A stretch of DNA of 64,000 bases from Candidatus Babelota bacterium. Lineage in GTDB: Bacteria > Babelota > Babeliae > Babelales > RVW-14. A program made the translations under genes and the position numbers. Shown piece by piece: positions 35,757-45,198 of this stretch. The stretch is from the NCBI GenBank assembly GCA_018266175.1, contig JAFEAY010000016.1, positions 1,029-65,028 on the forward strand, written 5' to 3'. Position 1 is the first letter of the stretch; each line of letters opens with the position of its first letter. The notes below the pieces were generated by a model. That model was not told the origin of the DNA. It saw only the letters and a list, made by a program, of their open reading frames with translations, and did no database searches.

Positions 35757-37604
35757 TTATTTGTTTCGTTCAGTTATCAATTGATAAGAAGTTTTAATAC
35801 CAACGGCGTTATAAAGTTTCTTATATTTATTGAATGTTGTAGTTGGATCACTCACCTGGACTAATTGCTTTTTAAGCATTACTTGATCAAGTGAACCAAT
35901 AATCGTTTTTAGATCTTCATCAGAACACTTATTCATAAATGCTTGATGAGGTGTCAATAGACTATTCACAGCACCTGAACGAGCATCTTCTCTATTCATT
36001 ATAGAAATCTGCATTAATGCATTTTTAAAATTAATTGCTTCAAATGATGTATAATTCAAAACAGGTTTTTCAGCTCGAGCTGCACGCTGAATTTCAAGCG
36101 CCTCAAGAGCCTTAACCTGAGCAACTTCTGCACCTTGAGCCGCTTTTTCCTGCTCCCACAAATCTTTAAGATGAGCTTTGCGCTTTGCCTCTAGCTCTTG
36201 CTCCAATTTTGCAATCTTATCTTGCGCTTGATTTTTATCAGTCGACGCTTGACGCTCTTTAAGCTCCTGCAATGTTTTAATATGCCCAAGTACATCAGCC
36301 CCAGTGGGCACTTGCTCTTGGCTTGTAAAATCACGTCCTTGCTTCATAAGTACGAGTAAATTTTTCACCCTACTTAATTCATCACCTGACAGCGTTGTTG
36401 TTTCTGGATTGGAGTTACGGTCAAGCCAATCAACTAAGATTTGATCAACAACCTTGGAAAGACGTATTTCATAATCACGCATTTTCTCTTCAGGAACAGT
36501 AGTATATCGATATACAAGAATACCCGAATCAGGATTCAGCAACATATCATTGGTAAAAAGCAAGCGTGCCTGCACCATGTTTGGTTCTTTAAATTGATCA
36601 GGAAGAACTTTGAATCGCTCCAAAAAAGTTGAAACTTTAAAACGCCCATCGTTTACTGCTTTAAAAAGAAGATCTATTTGAGCCCTAAACGTTTGCTCAC
36701 CTCTCATATGCGCATCTTGTACTCTTTCAAGGTAAGCACGTATTTCATCCATTTTTCCACCGTAGATACTTCCAAACATTTCCACAATAAATTCAGGATT
36801 GTCTGGATCATTTGGAATACCGTGCCGCCAAGAAAGATATGCTATTTTATCAGCCATATTTTTTGGAATAAAAATTTGATACAGCGTCCCTTCTGGCGTT
36901 GCAATAATTTCATAAATTTCTCGCAACTCATCAATAAACCTTTTGTTCAAACCTGCTTTTTCAAAAAAACCGGGTAAAATTTTTGCCAATGGATCGAAAT
37001 GAGATAACCCGGTAACAAAATAATTCCACGTTGTTTCGCCTCCAATACCAATACCACCAAAAGGTGAAAGATTAACCGACATGATAAAAGTCTTCACATC
37101 CGAAATATTATCATCAATCAATCCGCGCGCTTCAATTTCTTTTTTTAAAAATTCATCGGCAGTACTGTAGGTATCAAATATTGGGTCATTCCATCGAAAG
37201 AATACAAAATTTTTAATGTTTGCTTTTAATGCAAAAAACTCATAAAACTTTTTATAAAGATCTTGAACTAAGCGAAACCGAGGGTCACAAGAATGATAAA
37301 AAGTATAATAATTTTGGTGTGCACGCTCTTGTTTTATGAGATCTTGAACAAGCTCATTTTTATCATCAACTTGAAACTGTTCTTTTACTTTATCTAGAAG
37401 CGTTCCCCTTCTATTAGGAATGGCAAAGTGAGCCTCTATTTGAGTCATTTTTTTTTTAGGTTTTTGAGTTGTTTTTTTTGATTCTTGCTTGGTTTGTTTT
37501 TTTATAACTTGCGCTTTAAGAGATTTAACGCCTATCAAAGTAACCAATCCAAAAGAACAAACAATAAAGCTTAAGATCCCTGATAATCGTAAAATTCCCC
37601 TCAT
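35757..37604 (-). CDS. Exported/anchored hypothetical protein (paralogue B): ~330-aa unknown domain, coiled coil, shared C-terminal WH2-like module
   Basis: Collinear with the 37687-39549 protein. The likely start is ATG 37604 (MRGILRLSGILSFIVCSFGLVTLIGV), preceded by a G9 run plus AGCT. The ORF track starts at TTG 37637. Only a 12-nt gap separates it from paralogue A. Confidence 0.85.
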   Translation of the reverse strand: MRGILRLSGILSFIVCSFGLVTLIGVKSLKAQVIKKQTKQESKKTTQKPKKKMTQIEAHFAIPNRRGTLLDKVKEQFQVDDKNELVQDLIKQERAHQNYYTFYHSCDPRFRLVQDLYKKFYEFFALKANIKNFVFFRWNDPIFDTYSTADEFLKKEIEARGLIDDNISDVKTFIMSVNLSPFGGIGIGGETTWNYFVTGLSHFDPLAKILPGFFEKAGLNKRFIDELREIYEIIATPEGTLYQIFIPKNMADKIAYLSWRHGIPNDPDNPEFIVEMFGSIYGGKMDEIRAYLERVQDAHMRGEQTFRAQIDLLFKAVNDGRFKVSTFLERFKVLPDQFKEPNMVQARLLFTNDMLLNPDSGILVYRYTTVPEEKMRDYEIRLSKVVDQILVDWLDRNSNPETTTLSGDELSRVKNLLVLMKQGRDFTSQEQVPTGADVLGHIKTLQELKERQASTDKNQAQDKIAKLEQELEAKRKAHLKDLWEQEKAAQGAEVAQVKALEALEIQRAARAEKPVLNYTSFEAINFKNALMQISIMNREDARSGAVNSLLTPHQAFMNKCSDEDLKTIIGSLDQVMLKKQLVQVSDPTTTFNKYKKLYNAVGIKTSYQLITERNK

Positions 37605-37686
37605 AGCTCCCCCCCCCACTTTATATTTGTAGAGCAATCGGGCTAGAATACTCCAGCCCGTTACCCCTCAAGTATTAACGTTTTTT

Positions 37687-39549
37687 CTATTTATTTCGCT
37701 CATCGATCAGTTTAAGTGTATTTGAAATACCAATAGCTTTATAAAGGTTTTTGTATCTATTGAAAGTTGATGTTGGATCACTCACCTGCACCAATACTTT
37801 TTTAAGTACTGATTGATTGAGCGAACTCATTATATTTTTCATATCAACATCAGAAGATTGTGCAATAAAAGTTTGATGTGGCGCTAATAGATTATTAATC
37901 GCACCTGAACGAGCATCTTCTATTGTCATTCCCATCACCTGTTTCAACGTAGCTTTCAAACTCATCGATTCTTGGGATAATGATTCTACTTCAGATTTCC
38001 CAGCCTGAGCTATACGCTGAATTTCAAGCGCTTCAAGAGCCTTAGCTTGAGCAGCCTCTGCAGCTTGAGCCGCTTTCTCTTGCTCCCAGAGCTCTTTAAG
38101 CTGAGCCTTGCGCTTTGCTTCAAGGTTCTGTTCAAGCTTAGAAACTTCAGATTTTGCTTTTGCTTGAGCTTCTTGATCAACTGATGCCTGCCGCTCCTTG
38201 AGTTCTTGCAATGCTTTAATATGTGCCAAGGTATCAGCTCCAGATGGGGCCTCTGTTTGTCCGGTAAACTCTCTCCCTTGCTTCATAAGGCTCATCAGGT
38301 TTCGAGCTCTACCAAGCTCTTCGCTGGATAGCTTTGAGCTTGCAGAATTTGAATTTCGATCTAACCAATCAATTAAAATTTCATCAATAAGTCGAGCTAG
38401 TTTTTCTCGATACTCCTGCATTTTCCCAGCAAGAACATCTTCATATCGGTAGATAATAATTCCAGAATCAGGATTAAGAAGCTCATTATTGGTAAAAACT
38501 AATCGAGCTTGAACATAATTCATAACTTTTGTTGGATTGGTTCGATATGAATCAAGAAAAGTTGATAACCTATACTTGCCTGTAGTCATTGACTTAAGCA
38601 TGTCATTGAGGGCGTCACTATAAATTTTCTCACCTCGAGCAGAAGCTGCTTGAATTTCATCAACTTTTTGCTGCAAATCGGCATACCGTGTAAATATTCC
38701 CGCTTTGCCGAAAATCTCCTGAAGTTTTTCTTCATTGAGCGGAATACCAAGCCTCCACGATAAATAACCTATTTTATCAGCCATACCCTTAGGAATAAAA
38801 ATCTGAAAAAAACTTCCAGTTGGCGTGTCAATTGAAGCCCCAAGCTCCTGAAGCCGTGGTATAAACTTTTCGTCAAGTCCAAAAGTTTTAAAAATACCCG
38901 CTAAAAAACCTGCTTGTCGTGCAGGGTCCATGATACCTGTACCTGTTGCATAAAAGTTATATGTCGACTCTCCAGGAATACCTGTGTTTCCAAATGGTGA
39001 TAAATTAGCTGATAAAAGAAAAAAATTTACCTTGTTGTCGTCAATAATGCCTTTTTCTGCAAATTGTTTTTTTATAAAATTTTCGGCAGTATCAATGTCG
39101 CTAAAAACAGGGTCTTGGCAACGGAGGAAAGTAAAATTCTTTATTTTTGCCTTGAGAGCAAAAAATTCATAAAATGCCTTGTAGGCATCTTGATTTATAC
39201 GTAGTGATGGAGTTTGAGCATGGTAAAAATCATAGTGGGTGTCCCAATGCTCATGGGCTCGAGCATTCATTTGCTGAACCATTTCTGGTAAATCATCAAT
39301 ACCAAAATTCTTTTTTACTATATCTTGAAAAAATGCTGCTTTAATTTTTTTTTTCACACTCGGAAGGCTTAAGTGTGCCTCGATTTGAGTCATTTTCTTC
39401 TTCTGAGCAGAAGGCTTTTTTGGTTTATAAATTGATTGCTTAGCCTCTTGAACTCGTGCCTCAAGCGATGCTTTAAAAAAGAAGGTCCCTAATCCAAAAA
39501 ATAAAAGTGCTACACTAAACGTTCCCCAAATAAGTCGATTCTCCTTCAT
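37687..39549 (-). CDS. Exported/anchored hypothetical protein (paralogue C), same architecture as B
   Basis: N-terminal TM 'LIWGTFSVALLFFGLGTFFF', shared 'KKKMTQIEAH', 'FYEFFALKA.IKNF.F', 'LSPFG', 'LSWR.GIP', 'DWLDRNSN', a coiled coil 'LEAKRKAQLKELWEQEKAAQ', and a tail with 'SLNQSVLKKVLVQVSDP'. GGGGAG Shine-Dalgarno sequence. Confidence 0.85.
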   Translation of the reverse strand: MKENRLIWGTFSVALLFFGLGTFFFKASLEARVQEAKQSIYKPKKPSAQKKKMTQIEAHLSLPSVKKKIKAAFFQDIVKKNFGIDDLPEMVQQMNARAHEHWDTHYDFYHAQTPSLRINQDAYKAFYEFFALKAKIKNFTFLRCQDPVFSDIDTAENFIKKQFAEKGIIDDNKVNFFLLSANLSPFGNTGIPGESTYNFYATGTGIMDPARQAGFLAGIFKTFGLDEKFIPRLQELGASIDTPTGSFFQIFIPKGMADKIGYLSWRLGIPLNEEKLQEIFGKAGIFTRYADLQQKVDEIQAASARGEKIYSDALNDMLKSMTTGKYRLSTFLDSYRTNPTKVMNYVQARLVFTNNELLNPDSGIIIYRYEDVLAGKMQEYREKLARLIDEILIDWLDRNSNSASSKLSSEELGRARNLMSLMKQGREFTGQTEAPSGADTLAHIKALQELKERQASVDQEAQAKAKSEVSKLEQNLEAKRKAQLKELWEQEKAAQAAEAAQAKALEALEIQRIAQAGKSEVESLSQESMSLKATLKQVMGMTIEDARSGAINNLLAPHQTFIAQSSDVDMKNIMSSLNQSVLKKVLVQVSDPTSTFNRYKNLYKAIGISNTLKLIDERNK

Positions 39550-39841
39550 GTTTTCTCCCCATTTTCTTTATGATATGATCAAGTTTGTATTAAAAAATAT
39601 AAACACTTCTAACTTACTTTAATTTACTATTAGAAATGATATCAATGGTTTTACAACAAAACCTAAAAACATATAGCCCAAGCTTATTTTTGTTTTTTAA
39701 ACTCAAGAGCAATTTTTTTAAGTTTTAGTTTCAAAACCTCTAGATGTGATAACAGACCCCTCCAAGCACATTACCCTTTTTGACAATCGGTTTTTATGCT
39801 AACCTAGAGAGCATTACTCAAGTAGCGAAAGGGAAATACTT

Positions 39842-40366
39842 ATGAATATTCATGACGAAACAGACAATAAATCAACAACTCATGGCCAACCAGAGTCTCA
39901 AACTGATGCACCATTCACCAATGAAAATAGCATTGAAGAAACCGCAAACGACTATAGAGCACAGTTCTTGCGAGCTTCTGCAGATTTTGCTAACTACAAA
40001 CGCCGGGTAGAAAAAGAGCGACTTGAATGGATGCAAACAGCACAAAGTTCAATTTTGCAAAAAGTTCTTCCGATTATTGACGATCTTGAACGTGCACTTG
40101 CTCATACTCAAAACAATGTATCAACAGAACAAAACCCTTGGGTAGAAGGCTTCATTCTTATTCAAAAGAATGCACAAAAATTGCTCGCCGACCTTGGAGT
40201 TGAGCTGATTGATGCTTCAGGAACATTTGATCCCGAGCTCCACGAAGCTCTTGTCAGCGTTCAAGTTGATAACAAGCAAGAAGGACAAATTGTCGACGTA
40301 CTCCGTAAAGGATACCTCTTTAAAGGCAAAGTTCTTCGGCACACACAGGTAACTGTGGCAAAATAA
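39842..40366 (+). CDS. grpE: Nucleotide exchange factor GrpE
   Basis: 'RASADFANYKRRVEKER', 'LPIIDDLERAL', 'FDPELHEAL', 'GYLFKGKVLRHTQVTV'. Confidence 0.9.
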   Translation: MNIHDETDNKSTTHGQPESQTDAPFTNENSIEETANDYRAQFLRASADFANYKRRVEKERLEWMQTAQSSILQKVLPIIDDLERALAHTQNNVSTEQNPWVEGFILIQKNAQKLLADLGVELIDASGTFDPELHEALVSVQVDNKQEGQIVDVLRKGYLFKGKVLRHTQVTVAK

Positions 40367-40409
40367 AAAAAACTTCGACTTTTCCAGGATCATTACGGCA
40401 AGGAAAATC

Positions 40410-41174
40410 ATGGCTGATTCAAAGCTTATACAAGAATCCTCTCTTCCGCGCGTACGCTGGTATAAAAAAGGTCGCCGTTTTAAATTGCCCAAATTAAGGC
40501 TGAGGAATAAGATTCATCTGGTTCCTCACCTTTTTACACTGGGAAATGCTTTTTTTGGTTTTTGCTCGATTATTTTTGCCGCTCATGACCATTTAGTAGC
40601 AGCGGGCTATCTTATTTTGCTCGGTGCACTTATGGACGCACTCGATGGACGCGTTGCTCGCTTTCTTGGCCAAGCAAGTGATTTTGGGATGCAGCTTGAT
40701 TCACTGTGCGATGCTATCTCATTTTGCTGCGCGCCGGCCCTTTTAATCTATTTTTGGCAGCTCAAAAAGATTGGTTTTTTTGGGTTGGTTATCTGCTCGA
40801 TCTTCCTCCTAGCGGGACTTCTACGACTTGCTCGGTTTAACCTGAGCCATGTACAGCAATCCCACACCTTTATTGGACTTCCTTCAACTATTGCCGGATG
40901 TTTTTTGGCAACAATGCTCATCAACAGCCAATACATTGTTTTTAGCGCATTTTTAAGCACCGTACTTGGAGCGCTCGTTCTGAGTCTTTCAGTGCTTATG
41001 ATCAGCAAGGTTCCATTTCCCGCATTTAAAAAAGTTACACGTAACGTCTATGCGCTGGGTGCGCTCTCTCTGCTTGCGTTCACCATCATTATGGGTTTTA
41101 CCAAAGTTTTACTCGCTATTTTCGTCGCCTATTTTGCATATGCTTTTACATTTGCACTGATAACTAAACGCTGA
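40410..41174 (+). CDS. pssA: CDP-diacylglycerol--serine O-phosphatidyltransferase (CDP-alcohol phosphatidyltransferase family)
   Basis: 'DALDGRVARFLGQASDFGMQLDSLCD' fits D-x2-D-G-x2-A-R-x8-G-x3-D-x3-D. Multi-TM, about 250 aa. Confidence 0.8.
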   Translation: MADSKLIQESSLPRVRWYKKGRRFKLPKLRLRNKIHLVPHLFTLGNAFFGFCSIIFAAHDHLVAAGYLILLGALMDALDGRVARFLGQASDFGMQLDSLCDAISFCCAPALLIYFWQLKKIGFFGLVICSIFLLAGLLRLARFNLSHVQQSHTFIGLPSTIAGCFLATMLINSQYIVFSAFLSTVLGALVLSLSVLMISKVPFPAFKKVTRNVYALGALSLLAFTIIMGFTKVLLAIFVAYFAYAFTFALITKR

Positions 41175-41269
41175 GCTTGGCTTGGTCATTTAACTGAATG
41201 TTTGGTAGAATTTCTAGACAGTACTTTTTATCACAAAGCTTTAATACAAAAGTAGAAGGAAGGTAATCA

Positions 41270-42934
41270 ATGAAGGCAGGAATAAAAATTGCACTGGTAC
41301 TCCTGATTGGGGGGATTGTTCTTGGTGGTGGTATTTTCGGCTATAAGCTCTACCAAAAATATCTTGCTATTTCTGGTGCCGTTGAGCTGCTCGAAATGGC
41401 CCACAGCAAAACAAAGTCACTCAAGAGTAAAAAGAAACAATCAAAAAAAATTGCCGAAACGAAATCATCAAAAAGCCCATCAAACTGGTTAGAAGTTCAG
41501 CAAAAGGTTAAGGATACCGTTGTCCAAGTTTTTGCAAACATCTCTGAATTTAACTGGCTTGAACCCTATAAAACTCCTGAACAAAGCAAAAGTGCAGGAA
41601 GTGGTTTTTTCATTAATGAAGAAGGTGACATTGTCACTAACTACCATGTTGTTGCTCAAGCTGCATGTGTACAAATTCAGATTCCATCATTTGGCATGGA
41701 GCGCTTTGATGCCAGCATTGTTGGAGTAAGCCCTGATCGAGATATAGCATTACTTAAGCTTACCGATGCAGCACGTGCAAAAATTTCACAACGCATTAAT
41801 CCAATCCCCTATTTAGAACTTGATGATTCTGACAATATTTTACGCTCTCAAGAGGTACTCGCATTGGGTTATCCACTAGGACAAGCTCGCGTAAAAAGCA
41901 CACTTGGTATTGTGAGCGGACGCGAACGACTTGGCTACTTTGGTTATATTCAAATTACCGCAGCGCTCAACCCAGGAAACTCTGGCGGCCCAGCGCTCAA
42001 CTCGGTTGGAAAAGTAATCGGCATCAATAATTGTGGCGTTATGGAAGCTCAAAATGTTGGGTATATTATCCCGATTAACGAAGTAAAAAGCGCTCTGCAA
42101 GATTTGTATAAAGTTCCATTGCTGCGCAAACCAACACTGGGCTGTATTTTTACCGTTGCAACTCCTGAGATGGTCAGCTTTTTGGGCAACCCCGGAAGTG
42201 GCGGCTGGTACATTGCTAAAGTATTTGAAGACACCTTGCTTGAAGCGGTAGGCATTAAAGAAGATGATATGCTTTATGCGGTCAATGATAACCGCGTTGA
42301 TATTTATGGTGAAATGAATGTTGACTGGAGCGAAGATAAAGTTTCTCTTTTTGAATACCTCAATCGACTTACTATCGGCGATACCATCAATTTCTTGATT
42401 TATCGCAAAGGTGAACGTAAAGAATTTACCTTCAAGCTCGAGCACAAGTACTTGCCCTCAGTCAGATCTATCTATCCAGAATTTGAACCTGAAGCGGTCG
42501 ATTATGAGGTTATCGGTGGTATGGTTGTGATGCAATTGACCCTCAATCATATCGGCAGAATGATTCAGCGCTGCCCAGATTTAGTTCGTTTTGGACGTGT
42601 TGAAGCGCAGCATGAACCATCACTGGTCATTACCTATATTCAACAAAACTCTCAGGCCGATAAAGCACGTGTACTGCGACCAGGAGAAATTATTGAAGCA
42701 ATCAATGGTGAAAAGGTAAAAACACTTGATGAATTTAGAAAAGCGGCTCTTAAGAGTGCTGATAACAACTACCTCACCATTCGTACCGAAGATAAGCTGT
42801 ATGGCGTTCTTGCTCTTGATAAAATTATCAAAGATGAAGACTCACTCTGTTCTCAATATTTCTTCAGAAAATCGAACTTGGTTCGAAGACTTGCAGATTT
42901 ATCAAGCACCGGAACAGCCACACTGAGTGCATAA
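41270..42934 (+). CDS. HtrA/DegP-family serine protease with PDZ-like C-terminal region
   Basis: N-terminal TM. Catalytic triad context 'TNYHVV', 'DIALLKL', 'GNSGGPAL'. Confidence 0.85.
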   Translation: MKAGIKIALVLLIGGIVLGGGIFGYKLYQKYLAISGAVELLEMAHSKTKSLKSKKKQSKKIAETKSSKSPSNWLEVQQKVKDTVVQVFANISEFNWLEPYKTPEQSKSAGSGFFINEEGDIVTNYHVVAQAACVQIQIPSFGMERFDASIVGVSPDRDIALLKLTDAARAKISQRINPIPYLELDDSDNILRSQEVLALGYPLGQARVKSTLGIVSGRERLGYFGYIQITAALNPGNSGGPALNSVGKVIGINNCGVMEAQNVGYIIPINEVKSALQDLYKVPLLRKPTLGCIFTVATPEMVSFLGNPGSGGWYIAKVFEDTLLEAVGIKEDDMLYAVNDNRVDIYGEMNVDWSEDKVSLFEYLNRLTIGDTINFLIYRKGERKEFTFKLEHKYLPSVRSIYPEFEPEAVDYEVIGGMVVMQLTLNHIGRMIQRCPDLVRFGRVEAQHEPSLVITYIQQNSQADKARVLRPGEIIEAINGEKVKTLDEFRKAALKSADNNYLTIRTEDKLYGVLALDKIIKDEDSLCSQYFFRKSNLVRRLADLSSTGTATLSA

Positions 42935-42976
42935 AAACGATATCAAAACAAACATTTTCTTCATTATGCTCAACAT

Positions 42977-43020
42977 ATCGTGTTATATGTTTTTTACGAG
43001 TAAAAAACATATAACACGAT
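42977..43020. repeat. Perfect 21-bp inverted repeat (hairpin with 2-nt loop) downstream of the protease gene
   Basis: ATCGTGTTATATGTTTTTTAC-ga-GTAAAAAACATATAACACGAT. A second weaker hairpin plus T7 run follows (ACCCAA...TTGGGTTTTTTT, about 43026-43066). Confidence 0.8.
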
Positions 43021-43086
43021 AGAAAAACCCAAATACCCTCTTGCTCTTGTTCAAATTGGGTTTTTTTATAAAATTTGATGAGACCT

Positions 43087-45198
43087 ATGAATAAATTATT
43101 TTTTTTAACCTTATTTCTACTCAATGTTAATACTGCTACAGGATCCCTAGAAATGTCTTTGAACAAGCTACATAATAGCCTGCAAGACTTAAGGAACCGA
43201 CTCACAACGCTAAGAGATAACCTCAACAAATTAAAAAGTACGCTATCTGGGAAGCAAGTTGACCAACCTGAGGAAGTAAAAAAAATTGTATACGATAAAA
43301 TTGACTACCTAGAGATCCCTGAAGACGACCTTGATCTTCCTTTTCCAGAAAATATTAGGCAAAATTTTCCCAACACAAGTGTTTTTGAAAAATTTTATCA
43401 GTACTTTAAACAAAAATATTTAAGCACAGCGGTTTTGGATAATAAATGCCAAGCCTGGATTAAATATCCAGAGCACTACAAAATTCACATTTCTGATGAA
43501 GAATTTGAAGAGTCTCGTCTTCATGACGAACTCAATTTATTGGGCGTTCTTGAATCTGAAAAAAAATTCGAAGAACTCAAAAAAACCGCAACACCTGAGA
43601 TGCTCAAGAAATTAAACAAACAGCTAATGGATACAAATTATTTTATGAAAATAGCTGAGCTCAAAGATAGAGCAACAAACAACGTTATCCTAGCTCAGAA
43701 ACAAAGAGCCCGCGGAATAAATTTATTCAATCACCTTCCAATAGCATTAGATACCATTGGTCGAGCTTGTTTTGAAAAGTATGTTCTTGATGCATGCCTT
43801 GCATACATTAATCAGCATGACCCAAACCGCATGGCTTCTGCAAACGATGAGCTTTGGGTTTATACTAATTTTTTAAAAAAATTTATTACTCAAAACCTGT
43901 CTAGTTCAGCCGAAAATCTTGTATTAAATAATGCAGCCGAACTTACCATACAATCTCTGGATGATATGTACTTTCATGCAGAAAGAGACCCCGACTCGGA
44001 CTATCCATCCAGCTCAAAAAATTTTGTCTGGTGCCATTGTTTATTAGGAAGACTACTTGAATGTAATGATATCCATCCTGATATCAGAAAATCGCTTCAG
44101 AGTAATTCCTTAAAGTATCCACTATGCTATCTTATCTATGAGACAATGCACATAACGCTTAATCACAATTACTTCCTCATCAATAAATTGGCACATCTTT
44201 TTAACTGGGATAAAAATGTTGAAATTCCCAAAAAAGTTTCATTTCATATCGGATTCGAACAGGCTTTTGGTGAAATAATAAACCTTTTTGTCGACAATGA
44301 AAAAATGGTTGAAAGTAAATTGCTCATACAAACTCAAAAAAAAGAATTTGCTGATAAAGGAGAAATCCTACTAAGAGACGGTCACCCTCGGAATATTATT
44401 TACGGAAAAAAGCGAGAAATACCACTCGCTTCTGATCCAGTAATAGATGCCAATACAAAAAATTTACCGTACAACGACAACAAAAATGAATTTCAATGGT
44501 CACAAATAACAGCAACGAATGATCATCCCTCTGCTGTAACAGACAATGATCTTCGTTATGCGATAAAGCTTCATCTCTCTCGCCATTCTTGTTACAGCGT
44601 AGGACTCATTCCTCGAGACCTCGTTGAAGTGATAAAACTTCCAATAGAAAAAGAAATAGAAAAAGCAAAAATTATACGTAAGTACATAATAAATCCTAAA
44701 GAACAAGATCGATTAGATAATGAATTTAAAAAACTACGCCGCATTGTAGCTATTGGCACAGTCCTTTCTGGTGTTGGAGATTTTACAAAATCAAATGACA
44801 TAAATACTCGTTTCAAGGACATTCTTAACGAAAAAACCAGTGAGATTATTCTTAAGAATAAGGCCACTCAAATCAGTCAGCTCTTCACTGAACAAATTAA
44901 AGTTAATAGTTATTACATCAAGGAGGATAATACAAAAGAGCAAGATGCTCATATTACACTTCATTCAATTAATCAAGAAGAATGGCTTGGTGTATTTTCC
45001 TACCTTAAATCAATTCTCAATCGTTCACTTGACGGCGACGCTAACCTAGAAAAACAGCACAAAAATATAAACGCTTTCATAAAAGCACTCAAAGAAAATT
45101 CTATGCAAGAAAGACTTGAGAAAATCATGACTGATAAAAAAGATAAAGACTGTCTTGAACCGATTTATAAAGCACTTTATAAGATTTTTCCAAGCTGA
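43087..45198 (+). CDS. Large exported hypothetical protein
   Basis: Signal peptide MNKLFFLTLFLLNVNTATG, then a coiled-coil-like 'LNKLHNSLQDLRNRLTTLRDNLNKLKSTL'. I recognise no catalytic motif. Alternative starts are 43075 and 43078. Confidence 0.7.
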   Translation: MNKLFFLTLFLLNVNTATGSLEMSLNKLHNSLQDLRNRLTTLRDNLNKLKSTLSGKQVDQPEEVKKIVYDKIDYLEIPEDDLDLPFPENIRQNFPNTSVFEKFYQYFKQKYLSTAVLDNKCQAWIKYPEHYKIHISDEEFEESRLHDELNLLGVLESEKKFEELKKTATPEMLKKLNKQLMDTNYFMKIAELKDRATNNVILAQKQRARGINLFNHLPIALDTIGRACFEKYVLDACLAYINQHDPNRMASANDELWVYTNFLKKFITQNLSSSAENLVLNNAAELTIQSLDDMYFHAERDPDSDYPSSSKNFVWCHCLLGRLLECNDIHPDIRKSLQSNSLKYPLCYLIYETMHITLNHNYFLINKLAHLFNWDKNVEIPKKVSFHIGFEQAFGEIINLFVDNEKMVESKLLIQTQKKEFADKGEILLRDGHPRNIIYGKKREIPLASDPVIDANTKNLPYNDNKNEFQWSQITATNDHPSAVTDNDLRYAIKLHLSRHSCYSVGLIPRDLVEVIKLPIEKEIEKAKIIRKYIINPKEQDRLDNEFKKLRRIVAIGTVLSGVGDFTKSNDINTRFKDILNEKTSEIILKNKATQISQLFTEQIKVNSYYIKEDNTKEQDAHITLHSINQEEWLGVFSYLKSILNRSLDGDANLEKQHKNINAFIKALKENSMQERLEKIMTDKKDKDCLEPIYKALYKIFPS

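Noticed and set aside
42864-43229. 121-aa ORF on the minus strand spanning the htrA-like 3' end, the 21-bp palindrome and the start of the next gene.
   Set aside because: It crosses two terminator-like hairpins and overlaps both flanking genes. The region is better explained as intergenic regulatory sequence.
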